Notes under the pieces: model-generated
The model's input: only the letters and a program-made list of their open reading frames with translations
What the model was told of the DNA's origin: nothing
The model's database searches: none
Shown: positions 9,332 through 23,210 of the stretch, piece by piece
How the letters are laid out: every line of letters starts with the position of its first letter
Numbering within the stretch: the stretch's first letter is position 1
Translations under genes and position numbers: made by a program
Assembly (NCBI GenBank): GCA_964423265.1
Contig: CAYREF010000001.1
Location: 4,548 to 68,547 of the forward strand
Direction: 5' to 3'
Source: an uncultured Actinomycetota bacterium
GTDB lineage: Bacteria > Actinomycetota > Humimicrobiia > Humimicrobiales > Humimicrobiaceae
DNA length: 64,000 nucleotides

Positions 9332-12300
9332 ATGCAAGATAATAAAAGAATCCAAAGGTATAATTTTAGCAAAATTCCTAGTCTGATGGAGATGCCTCAT
9401 CTGCTCGATATTCAAAGGCAATCCTTTGAATGGTTTAAAAACAAGGGCTTAATGGAGGTATTAAAAGACATTTCTCCTATTGAAGATTTTACTGGAAATA
9501 TGTCCCTGGAGTTTGCTGGCTACAGCTTTAGTGATATTGAATTTTCAGCCGACGAATGCAAACAGCAGGACATGTCTTATACTGCACCGCTTAAAGTGGT
9601 GACAAGATTTATAAACAAGGAAACTGGGGAAATGAAGGAACAGGAAGTTTTCATGGGTGATTTTCCTATGATGACTGACAGGGGAACCTTTATAGTAAAC
9701 GGTACCGAAAGGGTTATAGTTTCACAGCTGGTTAGGTCCCCTGGAGTTTTTTATGATACGGATATTGATAAAAAAACCGAAAAAGAATTATTTATGTGCA
9801 AGATTATCCCTACCAGGGGATCCTGGATTGAAATTGAAACAAATAAAAAGGGTATAGCTTATGTAAGAATTGATAGAAGGAGAAAATTTTTATTGTCAAT
9901 TTTCTTAAAATCCTTAGGCTTTGGAAATAATGAGAGCCTTCTTAATTTATTTGGTCCTTACGATAAGGAAGATTGTATAAAGAAAACTCTGGAAAAAGAT
10001 TCAACTGAAACTGAAGAAGAAGCTTTGATTGAGATTTATAAGAAATTAAGGCCGGGAGAGCCTCCTACAGTGGAGAGTGCTACTAATTTAATAAATACTT
10101 TGTTTTTTAATCCCAAAAGGTATGATTTTGGAAAAGTAGGAAGGTTTAAATTAAACCAGAAGCTGGAGGAAGAGCTGGATGAGAATATAGAAGCAAGGCT
10201 CAAGAAAATTGACATAAAAATGGATATAGATCCTGAGGAAAAATTTATATTACACAGCAAGGACATATTTTTGGTTATAAAGTACCTAATCCAGCTGATG
10301 AGCGGAATTGGAGAAATTGATGACATTGACCATTTTGGGAACAGGAGGATTAGGAATGTAGGGGAACTAGTCCAGAACCAGGTAAGGATTGGCCTTTCCA
10401 GAATGGAAAGGGTAGTAAAAGAAAGAATGACTACCCAGGATGTTGAATCTATCACCCCAAAATCCCTAATAAATATAAGGCCGCTGGTGGCAAGCCTTAA
10501 AGAATTTTTTGGAAGCGGTCAGCTTTCGCAGTTTCTAGACCAGACTAACCCGCTATCAGAAATTACCCATAAAAGGAGACTTTCAGCATTAGGCCCGGGT
10601 GGTTTAAATAGGGAGAGGGCAGGTTTCGAGGTAAGGGACGTGCATTCCTCTCATTATGGAAGGATGTGCCCGATTGAAACTCCCGAAGGCCCAAATATTG
10701 GACTGATTGGTTCCCTGGCAACATATGCCAGATTAAATGGTTACGGCTTTATCGAAACTCCTTATAGGAAAGTTGTTAATGGTAAAGTTACCGATAAGGT
10801 TGAATACCTTTCTGCTGATAAAGAAGAAAATTTTGTTATTGCCCAGGCTACTGCAGCGCTGGACAGCAAAGAACGTTTCACAGAAGAAAAAGTGCTTTGT
10901 AGATCTGCCGGGGAAGTTTTAACTGTAGAGCCAGAGCTTATTGATTATATGGACATTTCGCCTAAACAGTTATTTAGCGCTGCCGCATCGCTTATACCTT
11001 TCTTGGAGCATGACGATGCCAACAGAGCTCTAATGGGATCAAATATGCAGCGGCAAGCAGTTCCCCTAATAACTCCGGAAGCGCCACTGGTGGGCACCGG
11101 AATGGAGGGTAAGGTGGCCGAAGATAGCGGCCAGCTTATAATTGCTAAAGATGAGGGGGTTATCCAGGAAATTGATGCAGAACACATAAAGGTAAAATAC
11201 AAAGGTGGAAAAATTGTAAACCATTCCCTTTATAAGTTCCAGAGATCTAACCAGGGTACCTGTATAAACCAGAGACCCTTAGTAAAAGAAGGGGATAAAA
11301 TAAGCAAGGGTGAAGTTATAGCGGATGGACCTTCTACCAGCCATGGAGAGTTAGCATTAGGCAAGAACTTGCTTTTAGCTTTCATGTCTTGGGAGGGATA
11401 CAATTATGAGGATGCCATAATAATTTCTGAAAAACTAGTAAAAGAAGATATGCTATCTTCTATCCATATCTCCAAGCAGGAGCTGGAGGCAAGGCAAACC
11501 AAACTAGGAGCCGAGGAAATTACCAGAGACATTCCCAATATTGGGGAAGAAGTTCTGGCAAACTTGGATGAAAAAGGAATTATTAGGATAGGTGCTGAGG
11601 TAAAACCTGGAGATATACTGGTGGGGAAAATTACTCCCAAGGGCGAAACCGAACTTACAGCCGAGGAAAAATTACTTAGGGCTATATTTGGTGAAAAAGC
11701 AAGGGAAGTAAGAGACAGCTCATTGAAAGTTCCACATGGTGAATATGGAAAGGTTATTGATGTCCAGATATTTTCCAGGGCTGCAGGCGATGACCTGCCT
11801 CCTGGCGTAAACGAGCTGGTAAGAGTATTTATTGCGAAGAAAAGAAAAATATCGATTGGGGATAAGCTAGCCGGAAGGCATGGTAATAAGGGGGTAATAT
11901 CTATCATACTGCCAGAAGAAGATATGCCTTACCTTGAAGATGGAACCCCTGTAGATATAATATTTAATCCATTGGGTGTTCCTTCCAGGATGAACGTAGG
12001 ACAGGTTCTTGAAACCCATCTAGGATGGGCTGCTAAAAGAGGTTGGGATGAAAAAGACATAAGCAGAGCTGAAGACGGTTCTGTATATTGTTCTACTCCA
12101 ATTTTTGAAGGAACTAATGAAGATAAGATATACGAGCTTTTAAAGAAAGCGGGTTTGCCAAGCAATGGCAAGACTGCCCTTTATGATGGAAGAAATGGAG
12201 AAAAGTTATCGGACAGCATTGCTGTTGGTTATGCATATGTGCTAAAACTTCTACATCTGGTAGATGATAAAATTCATGCCAGGTCAACAGGTCCTTATTC

Positions 12301-12688
12301 ACTGGTAACCCAACAGCCTTTAGGTGGAAAAGCTCAATTTGGCGGCCAAAGGTTTGGCGAGATGGAAGTATGGGCTCTTGAAGCATATGGAGCAGCATAT
12401 GCACTACAGGAAATGCTGACTATAAAATCAGATGATGTTGTAGGTAGGGTTAAGACTTATGAATCTATAGTCAAGGGAGAAAACATTGAAAAGCCTGGAA
12501 TCCCTGAATCATTTAAAGTATTGGTAAAGGAAATGCAGAGCTTGGCTTTGGACGTAGAAGTTATATCAGAAGAAGGAAAAGAAGTGGATGTTTCTGCAGA
12601 AGAAGATGAGATTATGCAAACAGTAAAAGATTTGGGTATTGACTTTACAGAAGAGGAAAAAGAAGAAGAAGAAATTAAGAAAGGATAA
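9332..12688 (+). CDS. rpoB: DNA-directed RNA polymerase subunit beta
   Basis: 1118 aa, all conserved beta regions present. Compact relative to proteobacterial beta. Confidence 0.98.
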   Translation: MQDNKRIQRYNFSKIPSLMEMPHLLDIQRQSFEWFKNKGLMEVLKDISPIEDFTGNMSLEFAGYSFSDIEFSADECKQQDMSYTAPLKVVTRFINKETGEMKEQEVFMGDFPMMTDRGTFIVNGTERVIVSQLVRSPGVFYDTDIDKKTEKELFMCKIIPTRGSWIEIETNKKGIAYVRIDRRRKFLLSIFLKSLGFGNNESLLNLFGPYDKEDCIKKTLEKDSTETEEEALIEIYKKLRPGEPPTVESATNLINTLFFNPKRYDFGKVGRFKLNQKLEEELDENIEARLKKIDIKMDIDPEEKFILHSKDIFLVIKYLIQLMSGIGEIDDIDHFGNRRIRNVGELVQNQVRIGLSRMERVVKERMTTQDVESITPKSLINIRPLVASLKEFFGSGQLSQFLDQTNPLSEITHKRRLSALGPGGLNRERAGFEVRDVHSSHYGRMCPIETPEGPNIGLIGSLATYARLNGYGFIETPYRKVVNGKVTDKVEYLSADKEENFVIAQATAALDSKERFTEEKVLCRSAGEVLTVEPELIDYMDISPKQLFSAAASLIPFLEHDDANRALMGSNMQRQAVPLITPEAPLVGTGMEGKVAEDSGQLIIAKDEGVIQEIDAEHIKVKYKGGKIVNHSLYKFQRSNQGTCINQRPLVKEGDKISKGEVIADGPSTSHGELALGKNLLLAFMSWEGYNYEDAIIISEKLVKEDMLSSIHISKQELEARQTKLGAEEITRDIPNIGEEVLANLDEKGIIRIGAEVKPGDILVGKITPKGETELTAEEKLLRAIFGEKAREVRDSSLKVPHGEYGKVIDVQIFSRAAGDDLPPGVNELVRVFIAKKRKISIGDKLAGRHGNKGVISIILPEEDMPYLEDGTPVDIIFNPLGVPSRMNVGQVLETHLGWAAKRGWDEKDISRAEDGSVYCSTPIFEGTNEDKIYELLKKAGLPSNGKTALYDGRNGEKLSDSIAVGYAYVLKLLHLVDDKIHARSTGPYSLVTQQPLGGKAQFGGQRFGEMEVWALEAYGAAYALQEMLTIKSDDVVGRVKTYESIVKGENIEKPGIPESFKVLVKEMQSLALDVEVISEEGKEVDVSAEEDEIMQTVKDLGIDFTEEEKEEEEIKKG

Positions 12689-12713
12689 ATTTATTTTTAG
12701 GAGGAATCTATAG

Positions 12714-15700
12714 ATGGCTATAAATATAGATGTTAATAATTTTGATGCAATAAAAATTGGGCTCGCTCCACCTGAGAAAATAAGATCATGGTCTAATGGT
12801 GAAGTTAAGAAACCTGAGACCATTAATTATAGAACTTTAAAGCCAGAAAAAGACGGGCTGTTCTGTGAAAGGATTTTCGGGCCTACAAAGGACTGGGAAT
12901 GCTACTGCGGTAAATACAAAAGAGTGCGTTTTAAAGGCATAATTTGTGAGAGGTGCGGAGTAGAAGTTACTAGATCCAGTGTTAGAAGGGAAAGGATGGG
13001 CCATATCCAGCTTGCCTGCCCGGTATCCCATATATGGTTTTTTAAGGGTGTTCCCAGTAGGATGGGATATGTGCTGGATTTAAGTCCTAAAGACCTGGAA
13101 AAAGTTTTATATTTTGACTCTTATATCATAACCCGGATTGATAAAGAAAGAATTGATAAAGAAAAGGAAAAAATTGAGAAGCTCCATCAGGGAGCTATAG
13201 AGCAGGCTGAGGAGCTCCATAATTTAAGAATTGAAGAGCTTAATACAAATAGGAATGAAATTGAAGAAAAATATGGAACCATAGAAACAGTAGAAGATAT
13301 AAAAGAAGTAGATGAAAATATAAAAACTCTGGAAGGAATTGAAAATAAGATTAAAAAGGTCAGAAAGGAAACCGAAAAGCTTCTGGAGGAAGAAGAAGAA
13401 ATATATAAGGAAGAAATTGATTTGATTGAGAGGGCCCATACCTTTTTCTTTAATCTTGAGCTTAAAATGCTGGTTTCTGATGAAGCCCTGTTTAAGAAAA
13501 TGAAGGAAATTTATAGCGACTATTTTGACGGGGGAATGGGTGCAGAGGCAATTAAAGATTTGCTTAAAAACATAGACAGCAAAAAAGAATGTGAAAACTT
13601 AAAAGAAATTATAAAAAATTCAAAGGGCCAAAAAAGGAAGAGGGCCATAAAGAGGCTTAGGATTATTTCATCTTTTATTGAGTCAGAAAACAAGCCTGAA
13701 TACATGGTGCTGGATATCTTATCGGTTATCCCTCCGGATTTAAGGCCAATGGTGCAGCTGGATGGGGGAAGGTTTGCAACTTCTGACTTGAATGACTTAT
13801 ACAGGAGAGTTATAAACAGAAATAACCGGCTAAAGAAACTTTTAGAGCTTGGGGCGCCAGAGATAATTATAAATAATGAAAAGAGAATGCTCCAGGAATC
13901 AGTGGACGCTTTATTTGATAATGGTAGAAGGGGCAGAGCAGTTCTTGGAGCCGGAAACAGGCCTTTAAAATCCTTAAGTGATATGCTTAAAGGGAAGCAG
14001 GGAAGGTTTAGACAAAATCTTCTGGGTAAGAGGGTTGATTATTCCGGCCGTTCAGTAATAGTGGTAAACCCTAAACTGGAAATAACCCAGTGTGGATTAC
14101 CGAAGGAAATCGCCCTTGAACTATTTAAGCCGTTTGTAATGAAGAGACTGGTTGATGAAGGTTTTGCACAAAATATTAAGAATGCCAAAATTATGGTGGA
14201 TAAGGGGACCGACGAGGTTTGGGATGTTTTAGAAGATGTTATAAAGAACCATCCAGTGCTGCTTAATAGGGCTCCGACTCTCCATAGACTGGGGATACAG
14301 GCTTTTATGCCCACATTGGTTGAGGGAAAGGCTGTACAGATACATCCTTTGATTTGCCCGCCTTTTAATGCAGATTTTGACGGTGACCAAATGGCAGTAC
14401 ATGTCCCATTATCTGATGAGGCAAGAGCTGAAGCTATAATGCTTATGCTTTCATCAAAGAATTTACTATCTCCAGCTAGTGGTGAACCGATAGTTACTCC
14501 TACTCAGGATATGGTATTAGGGGTTTATTACCTGACTTCAGAAAGGGACGGCCAGAAAGAAGCAAAGAAATTTTATACTGATAGAGAATCTGCACTGCTT
14601 GATCATGATTATGGATTTATTACCTTGCATACTCCTATTATGTTAAAAAAAGGACAAAAAAGGGTAAAAACAACTGCAGGCAGACTTATATTCAATAGGG
14701 TTTTTCCTGATGACTACAGGTTCATCAATAATGAAGTGGATAAAAAAGACTTAATATCCATAATTGCAGATGTTATTAATAGGTATCCAAATGAAGTAGT
14801 TAGTAAAATACTGGACAGCATAAAAGAAGTAGGATTTAAATATTCAACCAGGTCTGGTCTGACTATAGGTATTGATGATATTATCACTCCACCAACCAAA
14901 GCAAAAATTCTTAAGAAGGTGGAGGAAAAAATAGAAAAAATAGAAGATTACTACAAACAAGGTTTAATTACTGAATTTGAAAGGCATCAGAGGGTTATCC
15001 AAACCTGGTCGCAAGCCAATGAAACAGTTGCTGATGCAATGGAGGAAAATTTTAACAGGTTTAATCCTGTTTATATGATGGCTACCTCTGGTGCAAGGGG
15101 AAATATAAAGCAACTTAGGCAGCTGGCAGGTATGAGGGGTCTGGTTGCTAATGCCCGTGGCGATATAATTGACCGGCCCATTAAGTCGAACTTCAGGGAA
15201 GGGCTTACTGTACTGGAGTATTTTATATCCACTCATGGTGCTAGACAGGGGCTGGCTGATACTGCACTGAGGACCGCAGATTCAGGTTACCTTACCAGGA
15301 GGCTGGTTGATGTTGCCCAGGATACCATGATCAGGATGAAAGACTGCGGCACAGAAGATGGCATATCCCTGTATGTTTTAACACTTGAGGGTGAACCTAA
15401 TACAAACTTGGTGGGAAGGATTTGCCTGGAAGATGCAGATAATCCCAATACAGAAAAAAATATAATTAAAGCAGGCGAAGAGCTTACCGACGCCCATTTA
15501 AGGAAGCTGATACATGCCAATATAGAAAGCATAAAAGTACGCTCTCCCTTAACCTGCGAGTGCGAGCAGGGAGTTTGCCAGAAATGTTATGGAAGAGACC
15601 TGGCTACAGGCAAAATTGTTGAAATTGGGGAAGCAGTTGGAATAATAGCTGCCCAGTCAATTGGGGAACCTGGAACCCAGCTTACCATGCGTACATTCCA

Positions 15701-16862
15701 TACAGGCGGTGTTGCTTCGACAGTAATTCAGAGGCAGATTAAGTCACCGGTAAAGGGAAAACTGATTTTATCTGAGAAGCTACTTTCTGAGCTTAACCTT
15801 AAGAAAGAGGACTTTACAGAAAAAGGTAAGGAAACAATGGAGATAAATATAGAGCATATTCCTCACAAAATTATATTTAAGGTTAAGATGGAGAGGGGCG
15901 ATGTCGTAGACGTAATTATACCTAAAGGTGAGATACTGGTTTTAAATAAGAATATTAATGTGGACGCTGGCGAGGTGTTTGCCAAGATAGTCATGACTGC
16001 CAAAAGAAAAACACATGTACATAAGCATGAAAAAACTTTTGAGGGAATTGACATTACCAGCGGCTTGCCTAGGGTAGTAGAGCTGTTTGAAGCAAGGAAG
16101 CCTAAAGAGCAGTCGTTTATTGCAGAAATAAGCGGCCTGGTAGAAATTGAAAACATAGATTCCAGATTTAGGCTGATAACCATAAAGAGTAAAGACGGCA
16201 AAAAGGAAAAAAGCTACCAGGTGCCTACCCGGGCAAAATTAAGGGTTGAAAAAGGCTCCAAGGTTGAGATAGGTGAGCAATTAACCGAAGGACCCAAGAA
16301 CCCACATGATATTTTAAGGATTAGTGGAATAAAGGAATGTGAGCAATACTTGGTAAAAGAAATACAGAATGTATATAAATCCCAGGGTGTGGATATCAAT
16401 GACAAGCATATTGAAATTATTGCCAGGCAAATGCTTAAAAAAGTTACTATCATTAACCCCGGGGATAGCGATTTTCTACCTGGCCAGGTAGTTGACAGGC
16501 TTAACTTTAACCGGGTTAATAAAAAATTAGTGGCTGACATGAAAGAGCCAGCCACGGCTTCCCAGAATTTGATGGGAATCACCAAGGCATCTCTTGCAAC
16601 TGGCAGCTTCCTGGCAGCAGCTTCTTTCCAGGAAACCACAAAGGTTCTAACTGATGCCTCTTTGGAAAACAAAGTTGATTATTTGCATGGATTAAAAGAA
16701 AATGTAATTCTTGGAAAGTCAATTCCTGCAGGAACTGGAATGGACAGGTACAGAAGCATAGAGCTTGTTTATCCCGGATACAAGGAAGAAGAAGAGGAAG
16801 AAATTGAAATATTACAGGAAACAGGAGAAGAAGATACTGAAAATTTAGAGATAAATATATAA
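12714..16862 (+). CDS. rpoC: DNA-directed RNA polymerase subunit beta'
   Basis: 1382 aa. Zn motif CYCGKYKR...CERCGV and NADFDGD catalytic motif. Lineage-specific coiled-coil insertion at about aa 141-260. Confidence 0.98.
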   Translation: MAINIDVNNFDAIKIGLAPPEKIRSWSNGEVKKPETINYRTLKPEKDGLFCERIFGPTKDWECYCGKYKRVRFKGIICERCGVEVTRSSVRRERMGHIQLACPVSHIWFFKGVPSRMGYVLDLSPKDLEKVLYFDSYIITRIDKERIDKEKEKIEKLHQGAIEQAEELHNLRIEELNTNRNEIEEKYGTIETVEDIKEVDENIKTLEGIENKIKKVRKETEKLLEEEEEIYKEEIDLIERAHTFFFNLELKMLVSDEALFKKMKEIYSDYFDGGMGAEAIKDLLKNIDSKKECENLKEIIKNSKGQKRKRAIKRLRIISSFIESENKPEYMVLDILSVIPPDLRPMVQLDGGRFATSDLNDLYRRVINRNNRLKKLLELGAPEIIINNEKRMLQESVDALFDNGRRGRAVLGAGNRPLKSLSDMLKGKQGRFRQNLLGKRVDYSGRSVIVVNPKLEITQCGLPKEIALELFKPFVMKRLVDEGFAQNIKNAKIMVDKGTDEVWDVLEDVIKNHPVLLNRAPTLHRLGIQAFMPTLVEGKAVQIHPLICPPFNADFDGDQMAVHVPLSDEARAEAIMLMLSSKNLLSPASGEPIVTPTQDMVLGVYYLTSERDGQKEAKKFYTDRESALLDHDYGFITLHTPIMLKKGQKRVKTTAGRLIFNRVFPDDYRFINNEVDKKDLISIIADVINRYPNEVVSKILDSIKEVGFKYSTRSGLTIGIDDIITPPTKAKILKKVEEKIEKIEDYYKQGLITEFERHQRVIQTWSQANETVADAMEENFNRFNPVYMMATSGARGNIKQLRQLAGMRGLVANARGDIIDRPIKSNFREGLTVLEYFISTHGARQGLADTALRTADSGYLTRRLVDVAQDTMIRMKDCGTEDGISLYVLTLEGEPNTNLVGRICLEDADNPNTEKNIIKAGEELTDAHLRKLIHANIESIKVRSPLTCECEQGVCQKCYGRDLATGKIVEIGEAVGIIAAQSIGEPGTQLTMRTFHTGGVASTVIQRQIKSPVKGKLILSEKLLSELNLKKEDFTEKGKETMEINIEHIPHKIIFKVKMERGDVVDVIIPKGEILVLNKNINVDAGEVFAKIVMTAKRKTHVHKHEKTFEGIDITSGLPRVVELFEARKPKEQSFIAEISGLVEIENIDSRFRLITIKSKDGKKEKSYQVPTRAKLRVEKGSKVEIGEQLTEGPKNPHDILRISGIKECEQYLVKEIQNVYKSQGVDINDKHIEIIARQMLKKVTIINPGDSDFLPGQVVDRLNFNRVNKKLVADMKEPATASQNLMGITKASLATGSFLAAASFQETTKVLTDASLENKVDYLHGLKENVILGKSIPAGTGMDRYRSIELVYPGYKEEEEEEIEILQETGEEDTENLEINI

Positions 16863-16897
16863 ATAACTCTGTTTTGGGGGTTTTAGGGAATTAATTA

Positions 16898-16926
16898 TTG
16901 ACATTTTAATTTTATAGTGATAAATT
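16898..16926 (+). promoter_or_regulatory. Sigma-70 promoter of the str operon (extended -10)
   Basis: TTGACA 16898..16903, 17-nt spacer, TGaTAAATT with -10 at 16921..16926. Confidence 0.5.
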
Positions 16927-17006
16927 CTTTTCTCGTGTCTCCAAAATGGAGGTTATAAATCAACTACTATTATTTTTAAAAATTATTAATAAAGGATAAG
17001 GTTTGT

Positions 17007-17378
17007 ATGCCTACAATTAATCAGTTAGTAAGAAAAGGAAGAAAGAAAATAACAAAAAAGAGGAAAACTCCTGCATTGCAGAATAATCCTCTTAGAAGAG
17101 GAGTATGTGTCAGGGTGTATACCACTACTCCCAAAAAGCCTAATTCTGCGCTCAGGAAGGTTGCTAGAGTAAGGCTTACTAATGGTATGGAAGTTACCGC
17201 TTATATTCCAGGTATAGGGCATAACTTGCAGGAACACTCTATTGTGCTGGTAAGGGGCGGTAGAGTAAAAGATTTACCTGGGGTAAGGTATAAAGTGGTT
17301 AGGGGAACCCTGGATACAGCAGGAGTAGATGGAAGAAAATCGTCCAGGTCAAGATACGGAGCAAAAAAACCAAAATAG
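17007..17378 (+). CDS. rpsL: 30S ribosomal protein S12
   Basis: 123 aa. [11 protein letters not shown]... and [11 protein letters not shown]. Confidence 0.98.
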   Translation: MPTINQLVRKGRKKITKKRKTPALQNNPLRRGVCVRVYTTTPKKPNSALRKVARVRLTNGMEVTAYIPGIGHNLQEHSIVLVRGGRVKDLPGVRYKVVRGTLDTAGVDGRKSSRSRYGAKKPK

Positions 17379-17394
17379 GTTTAAGGAGTTTTAG

Positions 17395-17874
17395 ATGGCT
17401 AGAAAATTAACTATAAATGGAAAAAGAATTAATAATAAGGATGTAGATCCTGTATACAAGAGCAAGATTGTACTGAAGCTTACAAATAAAGTTTTGCAAA
17501 AAGGGAAAAAGAGTATTGCAGAGAAAATAGTATATGGAAGCTTAAAAACTTTAGAAGATAAGACCAAGGAAAGCCCCCTGGAAATACTTGATAAGTGTCT
17601 GGAGAATGTAAAGCCGGTATTGGAAGTAAAGTCCAGGAGAGTGGGCGGAGCTACTTATCAGGTCCCCATGGAGGTTTCACAGGAAAGAGCTTTGACTTTG
17701 GCTATTAGATGGATTGTAGGTTTTGCAAGAAATAGGAAAGAAAAAAGCATGGCTGAAAGGTTGGCTGCTGAAATATTAGATGGTGCAAGCAATACTGGAA
17801 GCAGTGTTAAAAAGAAGGAGGACCTACACAGGATGGCAGAAGCTAATAAAGCTTTTGCACATTATAGATGGTAA
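17395..17874 (+). CDS. rpsG: 30S ribosomal protein S7
   Basis: 159 aa S7 family. Confidence 0.97.
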   Translation: MARKLTINGKRINNKDVDPVYKSKIVLKLTNKVLQKGKKSIAEKIVYGSLKTLEDKTKESPLEILDKCLENVKPVLEVKSRRVGGATYQVPMEVSQERALTLAIRWIVGFARNRKEKSMAERLAAEILDGASNTGSSVKKKEDLHRMAEANKAFAHYRW

Positions 17875-17890
17875 TTTAGGTGATTTTTTT

Positions 17891-19981
17891 ATGACTAGAC
17901 AAGTATCTTTAAAAAATACAAGAAATATAGGGATTACCGCACATATTGATGCTGGTAAAACTACTACTACTGAGCGTATTCTCTATTATACTGGAAAAAC
18001 ATATAAGATAGGTGAAGTGCATGATGGTGCTGCTGTTATGGACTGGATGGTCCAGGAACAGGAAAGGGGCATAACTATAACTTCAGCTGCTACTACCTGC
18101 TTCTGGAAAGATAATAGGATAAATATTATTGATACTCCAGGGCATGTGGACTTTACAGTTGAAGTTGAGAGATCCCTCAGGGTGCTTGACGGCATGATTG
18201 CTATATTTTGTGCAGTTGGTGGTGTAGAGCCCCAGTCAGAGACAGTATGGAGGCAGGCAGTTAAATATAATGTGCCCAGGATTGCCTTTGTCAATAAAAT
18301 GGACAGGACCGGGGCAGATTATTATTATGTTATTGAAATGATGAAAAACAGGTTAAATGCTAATCCACTACCCATCCAGATTCCTATTGGGAAAGAAGAT
18401 AATTTTTCGGGGATAATAGACCTTATAAGCATGAAGGCCATTGTATATAAAGATGAAATGGGTATTAAATTTGAATATGAAGATATACCACCTGAACTGG
18501 AATCAGAAGCCAATAAATACAGGCAGGAACTGATAGAGAATATTTCTAATTTTAATGATGATATATTAACCAAATATGTAGAAAATGAAGAAATAACAGA
18601 AGATGAACTAATTGTTGCCATAAGAGATATAACTTTAAACATGCAGGGAGTTCCTGTACTTTGTGGGGCAGCTTTTAAAAATAAAGGCGTACAGCCTCTA
18701 CTGGATGCAGTAATTGATTACTTGCCTTCTCCCCTGGAGGTACCTGAGCCTGTAGGTGTTAATCCTGATACAGAAGAGGAAATAAAGAGGAAAACTGGTG
18801 ACAGCGAGCCATTTTCAGGATTGGTATTTAAAATTATGACCGATACCTTTGTAGGAAAACTTTGTTATGTAAGGATATATTCGGGAACGCTAAAAACAGG
18901 ATTAAAAGTCTTAAACCCTGATAATGACAGGCAGGAGAGAATTGGTAAATTAATGCAGATGCATGCTAATCGTAGAGAAGAAAGGGATGAAGTTTACTGT
19001 GGAGATATAGTTGCTGTGGTTGGACTGAAGAATGTGAAAACTGGTGATACTATATGTGATGCAAACCATCCAATAAAGTATAAATCAATTTCTTTCCCGG
19101 CCCCTGTCCTCTCTATTGCTATAGAGCCAAAAACAAAAGCTGACCAGGAAAAATTGGCAAAAGCTTTAAATAAACTGTCCGAGGAAGACCCTACTTTTAA
19201 GGTAAAAATTGACCATGAAACAGGCCAGACCATTATATCGGGCATGGGTGAGCTGCACCTGGAAGTTATTGTAGATAGATTGTTAAGAGAGCATGGAGTT
19301 GACGCAAATGTTGGCAGGCCGCAAGTTTCCTACCGGGAAACCATTACCAAGGAAGCACAGATTGAAGGTAAATATGTAAGACAGAGTGGCGGCCGGGGAC
19401 AATATGGCCATGCAATAATCAAGTTCTCCCCTAATGAATACGGCAAAGGGTTTGAATTTGAAAGTAAAATAAAAGGCGGGGCAATCCCCAATGAATTTAT
19501 AAAGCCCATTGAGGCAGGCATTAAAGATGCAATGCAAAGCGGAGAACTTGCAGGGTTTCCGGTGGTAGATGTAAAGGCTGTTTTACTTGATGGATCATAC
19601 CATGAGGTGGATTCTTCTGACCTAGCTTATAAAATTGCGGCTTCAAAAGCATTTAGGCTAGCTATGAAAAAGTGTTCTTCGGTGATGTTGGAACCAGTAA
19701 TGGATGTAGAAGTGGTAGTGCCGGATGAGTTTATGGGGGATGTTATAGGTGATATTAATTCCCGGAGGGGAAAAGTGGTAGAAGTTTCCTTGAGGAATAA
19801 GATGAGAATTATAAAGACAGAAGTACCGCTGGCTACTATGTTTGGCTATGCTACGGACCTTAGGTCTAAAACTCAGGGAAGAGCTACTTTTACCATGCAG
19901 TTTTTGAAATACAAGCCTATACCATTAGAGATTGCTGATGAAATTATAAATAAAATGAAAGGGACAAGCATAGCTGTATAA
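17891..19981 (+). CDS. fusA: Elongation factor G
   Basis: The ORF-track start 17780 lies inside rpsG. The in-frame ATG at 17891 ([25 protein letters not shown]) matches the EF-G N-terminus. Confidence 0.95.
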   Translation: MTRQVSLKNTRNIGITAHIDAGKTTTTERILYYTGKTYKIGEVHDGAAVMDWMVQEQERGITITSAATTCFWKDNRINIIDTPGHVDFTVEVERSLRVLDGMIAIFCAVGGVEPQSETVWRQAVKYNVPRIAFVNKMDRTGADYYYVIEMMKNRLNANPLPIQIPIGKEDNFSGIIDLISMKAIVYKDEMGIKFEYEDIPPELESEANKYRQELIENISNFNDDILTKYVENEEITEDELIVAIRDITLNMQGVPVLCGAAFKNKGVQPLLDAVIDYLPSPLEVPEPVGVNPDTEEEIKRKTGDSEPFSGLVFKIMTDTFVGKLCYVRIYSGTLKTGLKVLNPDNDRQERIGKLMQMHANRREERDEVYCGDIVAVVGLKNVKTGDTICDANHPIKYKSISFPAPVLSIAIEPKTKADQEKLAKALNKLSEEDPTFKVKIDHETGQTIISGMGELHLEVIVDRLLREHGVDANVGRPQVSYRETITKEAQIEGKYVRQSGGRGQYGHAIIKFSPNEYGKGFEFESKIKGGAIPNEFIKPIEAGIKDAMQSGELAGFPVVDVKAVLLDGSYHEVDSSDLAYKIAASKAFRLAMKKCSSVMLEPVMDVEVVVPDEFMGDVIGDINSRRGKVVEVSLRNKMRIIKTEVPLATMFGYATDLRSKTQGRATFTMQFLKYKPIPLEIADEIINKMKGTSIAV

Positions 19982-20035
19982 TGCTTTAAATATATAATTT
20001 TAAGAATTATTCCAAGACGGAAAGGATTTATAAAA

Positions 20036-21241
20036 ATGGCTAAAGAAAAATTTGAAAGAACAAAACCGCACATAAATATAGGTACCATAGGCCATGTGGA
20101 CCATGGCAAAACTACCCTTACAGCCGCTATGACCTTATGCCTTAAGGCTTCAGGGAAAAAGGTGAATGTAAGAACCTTTGACTCTATTGACAATGCCCCA
20201 GAGGAAAAGGAAAGAGGAATAACCATAGCTATTGCCCATGTAGAGTATGAAACAGAGAAAAGGCACTATGCCCACGTGGACTGCCCCGGACATGCAGACT
20301 ACGTTAAAAACATGATTACAGGAGCAGCCCAGATGGACGGGGCAATACTGGTGGTAAGTGCAGCAGACGGCCCCATGCCCCAGACCAGGGAGCATATACT
20401 TCTGGCAAGGCAGGTAGGGGTGCCCTACATTGTAGTATTCCTAAACAAAACTGATATGGTAGATGATCCTGAGCTAATAGAACTAGTGGAAATGGAGGTA
20501 CGAGACCTTCTAACAGAGTATGAGTTTCCAGGAGATGAGATACCGGTAATAAAAGGCTCTGCCCTAAAGGCAGGCCAGTGCGGCTGCGGCAAAGAAGACT
20601 GTGAGCACTGCGGCCCTATAATAGAGCTGGTAGATGCAGTAGATGATTATATAAAGACACCAGAAAGGGATGTAGATAAACCCTTCCTTATGCCCATTGA
20701 AGATATCTTTACCATAACCGGTAGGGGTACAGTAGTAACAGGAAGAGTACAGAGAGGAAAAATTACCATCCAGGAGCCGGTAGAGATAGTGGGTATACAC
20801 CCAGAGATAAAGCAGACCGTAATAACTGGAATAGAGATGTTTAGAAAGCTACTAGATGAAGCCCAGGCAGGAGATAATGTAGGGCTTCTACTTAGAGGGG
20901 TACAAAAAGATGAAGTGGAAAGGGGTCAGGTAGTAGCAAAGCCGGGCTCCATTACTCCTCACTCTCACTTCAAGGCGCAGGTTTATGTGCTATCCAAAGA
21001 GGAAGGCGGACGCCATACTCCTTTCTTTAATGGCTACAGACCCCAGTTTTACTTCAGGACCACAGATGTTACCGGATCCATAACCCTGCCCGAAGGGGTA
21101 GAGATGGTTATGCCGGGGGACAATACAGAGATGGAAGTAAAGCTTATAGCTCCTATTGCCATGGAAGAGGGCTTAAGATTTGCCATCCGTGAAGGCGGCA
21201 GGACTATTGGCGCCGGCAGTATTACAAAGATAATAGAGTAG
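20036..21241 (+). CDS. tuf: Elongation factor Tu (copy 2)
   Basis: Identical protein to copy 1. Nucleotide identity runs from about 38 nt upstream of the ATG to the codon before the stop. Stop codons differ (TAG here, TAA in copy 1). Confidence 0.97.
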   Translation: MAKEKFERTKPHINIGTIGHVDHGKTTLTAAMTLCLKASGKKVNVRTFDSIDNAPEEKERGITIAIAHVEYETEKRHYAHVDCPGHADYVKNMITGAAQMDGAILVVSAADGPMPQTREHILLARQVGVPYIVVFLNKTDMVDDPELIELVEMEVRDLLTEYEFPGDEIPVIKGSALKAGQCGCGKEDCEHCGPIIELVDAVDDYIKTPERDVDKPFLMPIEDIFTITGRGTVVTGRVQRGKITIQEPVEIVGIHPEIKQTVITGIEMFRKLLDEAQAGDNVGLLLRGVQKDEVERGQVVAKPGSITPHSHFKAQVYVLSKEEGGRHTPFFNGYRPQFYFRTTDVTGSITLPEGVEMVMPGDNTEMEVKLIAPIAMEEGLRFAIREGGRTIGAGSITKIIE

Positions 21242-21261
21242 TTGATTAGGAGGAAATATAG

Positions 21262-21582
21262 GTGGTTGCTGCAAAATTAGGCCAAAAAATTAGAATAAAA
21301 TTGAAAGCTTATGATCATGAAATAATTGATAAGTCGGCTAAAAAGATAGTGGAAACAGTGGAGAATTCTGGGGCAAAGGTTTCAGGCCCTGTACCGCTGC
21401 CCACAAGAAAGAATGTTTATTGCTTGATAAGGTCTCCGCATGCAGATAAAGACTCAAGGGAACATTTTGAAATAAGGGTCCATAAAAGGTTGATAGATAT
21501 ATTAGAGCCGACCCCAAAGACGGTAGACTTACTCATGAGGTTAAGCTTGCCGGCTGGTGTTGATATTGAAATTAAATCGTAA
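21262..21582 (+). CDS. rpsJ: 30S ribosomal protein S10
   Basis: GTG start 7 nt after [22 protein letters not shown]. Confidence 0.95.
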   Translation: MVAAKLGQKIRIKLKAYDHEIIDKSAKKIVETVENSGAKVSGPVPLPTRKNVYCLIRSPHADKDSREHFEIRVHKRLIDILEPTPKTVDLLMRLSLPAGVDIEIKS

Positions 21583-21634
21583 GGTTGAAAAAAATAAATA
21601 ATCAAGTATAATAACTACTTTTTGTAAAGGTGAA

Positions 21635-22276
21635 GTGGTAAAAATGGTAGACGCAATATATGGAATAAAGGTAGGTACAACCCAGGTGTTCAGGGAAAAA
21701 GGAGAGGCTGTTTATGTGACAGCAATTAAGACTGAGCCCTGTGTTGTGGTCCAAGTAAAAAATAAAGAAAATGAAGGCTATGATGCCCTTAAGATTGGTT
21801 TTGGCTCTGTAAAGAAAAAGAATGCAAATAAGCCAAAAACAGGAGAATTTAAAAAGGCAAACTCCGAGCCTAAAAGGTATTTAAGGGAGATTAAGGTTGA
21901 TTCTAAGGATACTGAGCTGAAGCCCGGTGATAATATAGATGCAGGTATTTTTGAGGTTGGCGATAAAATAAAGATTAGCGGAAAGAGTAAAGGAAAGGGT
22001 TTCAGTGGCGTCATAAAGAGGCATAACTTCCATAGGGGAAGAATGTCACACGGCTCTCATGCCCACAGGATTCCAGGGGCAGTCGGAATGTGTGCTACTC
22101 CGGCCAAGATACTGAAGGGCAAGAAAATGCCCGGAAGGATGGGAAACCAAAAGACAACCATAAAGGGTTCAGAGGTAGTGGACATCATTGAAGACCAGAA
22201 TCTTATACTGGTAAAGGGAAGCGTTCCTGGAGCCAAGGGAAATATTGTTTATTTGGAAAAAGAGAAGCCAAAGTAA
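21635..22276 (+). CDS. rplC: 50S ribosomal protein L3
   Basis: 213 aa L3 family. Confidence 0.95.
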   Translation: MVKMVDAIYGIKVGTTQVFREKGEAVYVTAIKTEPCVVVQVKNKENEGYDALKIGFGSVKKKNANKPKTGEFKKANSEPKRYLREIKVDSKDTELKPGDNIDAGIFEVGDKIKISGKSKGKGFSGVIKRHNFHRGRMSHGSHAHRIPGAVGMCATPAKILKGKKMPGRMGNQKTTIKGSEVVDIIEDQNLILVKGSVPGAKGNIVYLEKEKPK

Positions 22277-22295
22277 AATTTATTAGGAGAGAATA

Positions 22296-22934
22296 ATGGC
22301 TAGTTTGAATATAGTGGATATAAAAGGAAAAGAAGTAGAAAAATTAAATATATCAGATGAAATGGTTAACCAGGATATCAACAATGAGATTCTATACCAG
22401 GAGGTAAGAAGATATCTTGCAAGCAGAAGGGCAGGTACCCATAGCACCAAGGAAAGAAGTGAAGTAAGAGGTGGGGGAAGAAAGCCTTGGAGGCAGAAAG
22501 GTACAGGCAATGCAAGGGCAGGCTCAATACGTTCGCCTATATGGAAAGGCGGAGGAGTAGTATTTGGTCCTAAACCTAGGGACCATTCGTTTAAGTTAAA
22601 CAAGAAAGTGATAAGAAAATCAAAGCTTATTGCTTTGTCAGATAAATTTAAAGAGGGAAAAATTATAGTTTTAGATAATTTAAATTTTAAGAGCCCAAAA
22701 ACAAAGAATGCCAGTAAAATTTTGGATAAATTAAAATTAGATAGTACTAGGGTGCTTTTGGTACTGGTAGATGATAGCGGAAATGAAGCAAAGTCTTTCA
22801 GGAATATCAAAAATATAGAAGTTATAAATGCAAAGGCTGTTAATGCTTATTTTATGCTGCTGGCTGATTATTTGTTGTTTACAAAGGATTCGTTAACAGA
22901 ATTAATGGAGAGGTTGACTAATGAAAGATCCTAG
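22296..22934 (+). CDS. rplD: 50S ribosomal protein L4
   Basis: 212 aa L4 family. Confidence 0.95.
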   Translation: MASLNIVDIKGKEVEKLNISDEMVNQDINNEILYQEVRRYLASRRAGTHSTKERSEVRGGGRKPWRQKGTGNARAGSIRSPIWKGGGVVFGPKPRDHSFKLNKKVIRKSKLIALSDKFKEGKIIVLDNLNFKSPKTKNASKILDKLKLDSTRVLLVLVDDSGNEAKSFRNIKNIEVINAKAVNAYFMLLADYLLFTKDSLTELMERLTNERS

Positions 22935-23208
22935 GGATATAATACTTTCCCCCGTGGTATCTGAAAAAAGTTATGGGGGAGTAGAGGATAACAGGTATAC
23001 TTTTTTTGTTGACATCAGGTCTAAAAAGGCTGAGATAAAAAAGGCAATAGAAGAAATATTTAATGTTAAAGTGTTAAAAATTAGCACTTTAAATATAAAG
23101 CCCAAGCCTAAAAATTTAGGAAGGTCAAGGGGCAAGAGCTCGAAAAAGAAAAAAGCTATTGTAACTTTAAGAAAAAAGGATAAGATAGACTTTTTTGAAA
23201 CAGTTTAG
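22921..23208 (+). CDS. rplW: 50S ribosomal protein L23
   Basis: 95 aa L23 family. Confidence 0.95.
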   Translation: MKDPRDIILSPVVSEKSYGGVEDNRYTFFVDIRSKKAEIKKAIEEIFNVKVLKISTLNIKPKPKNLGRSRGKSSKKKKAIVTLRKKDKIDFFETV

Positions 23209-23210
23209 TT

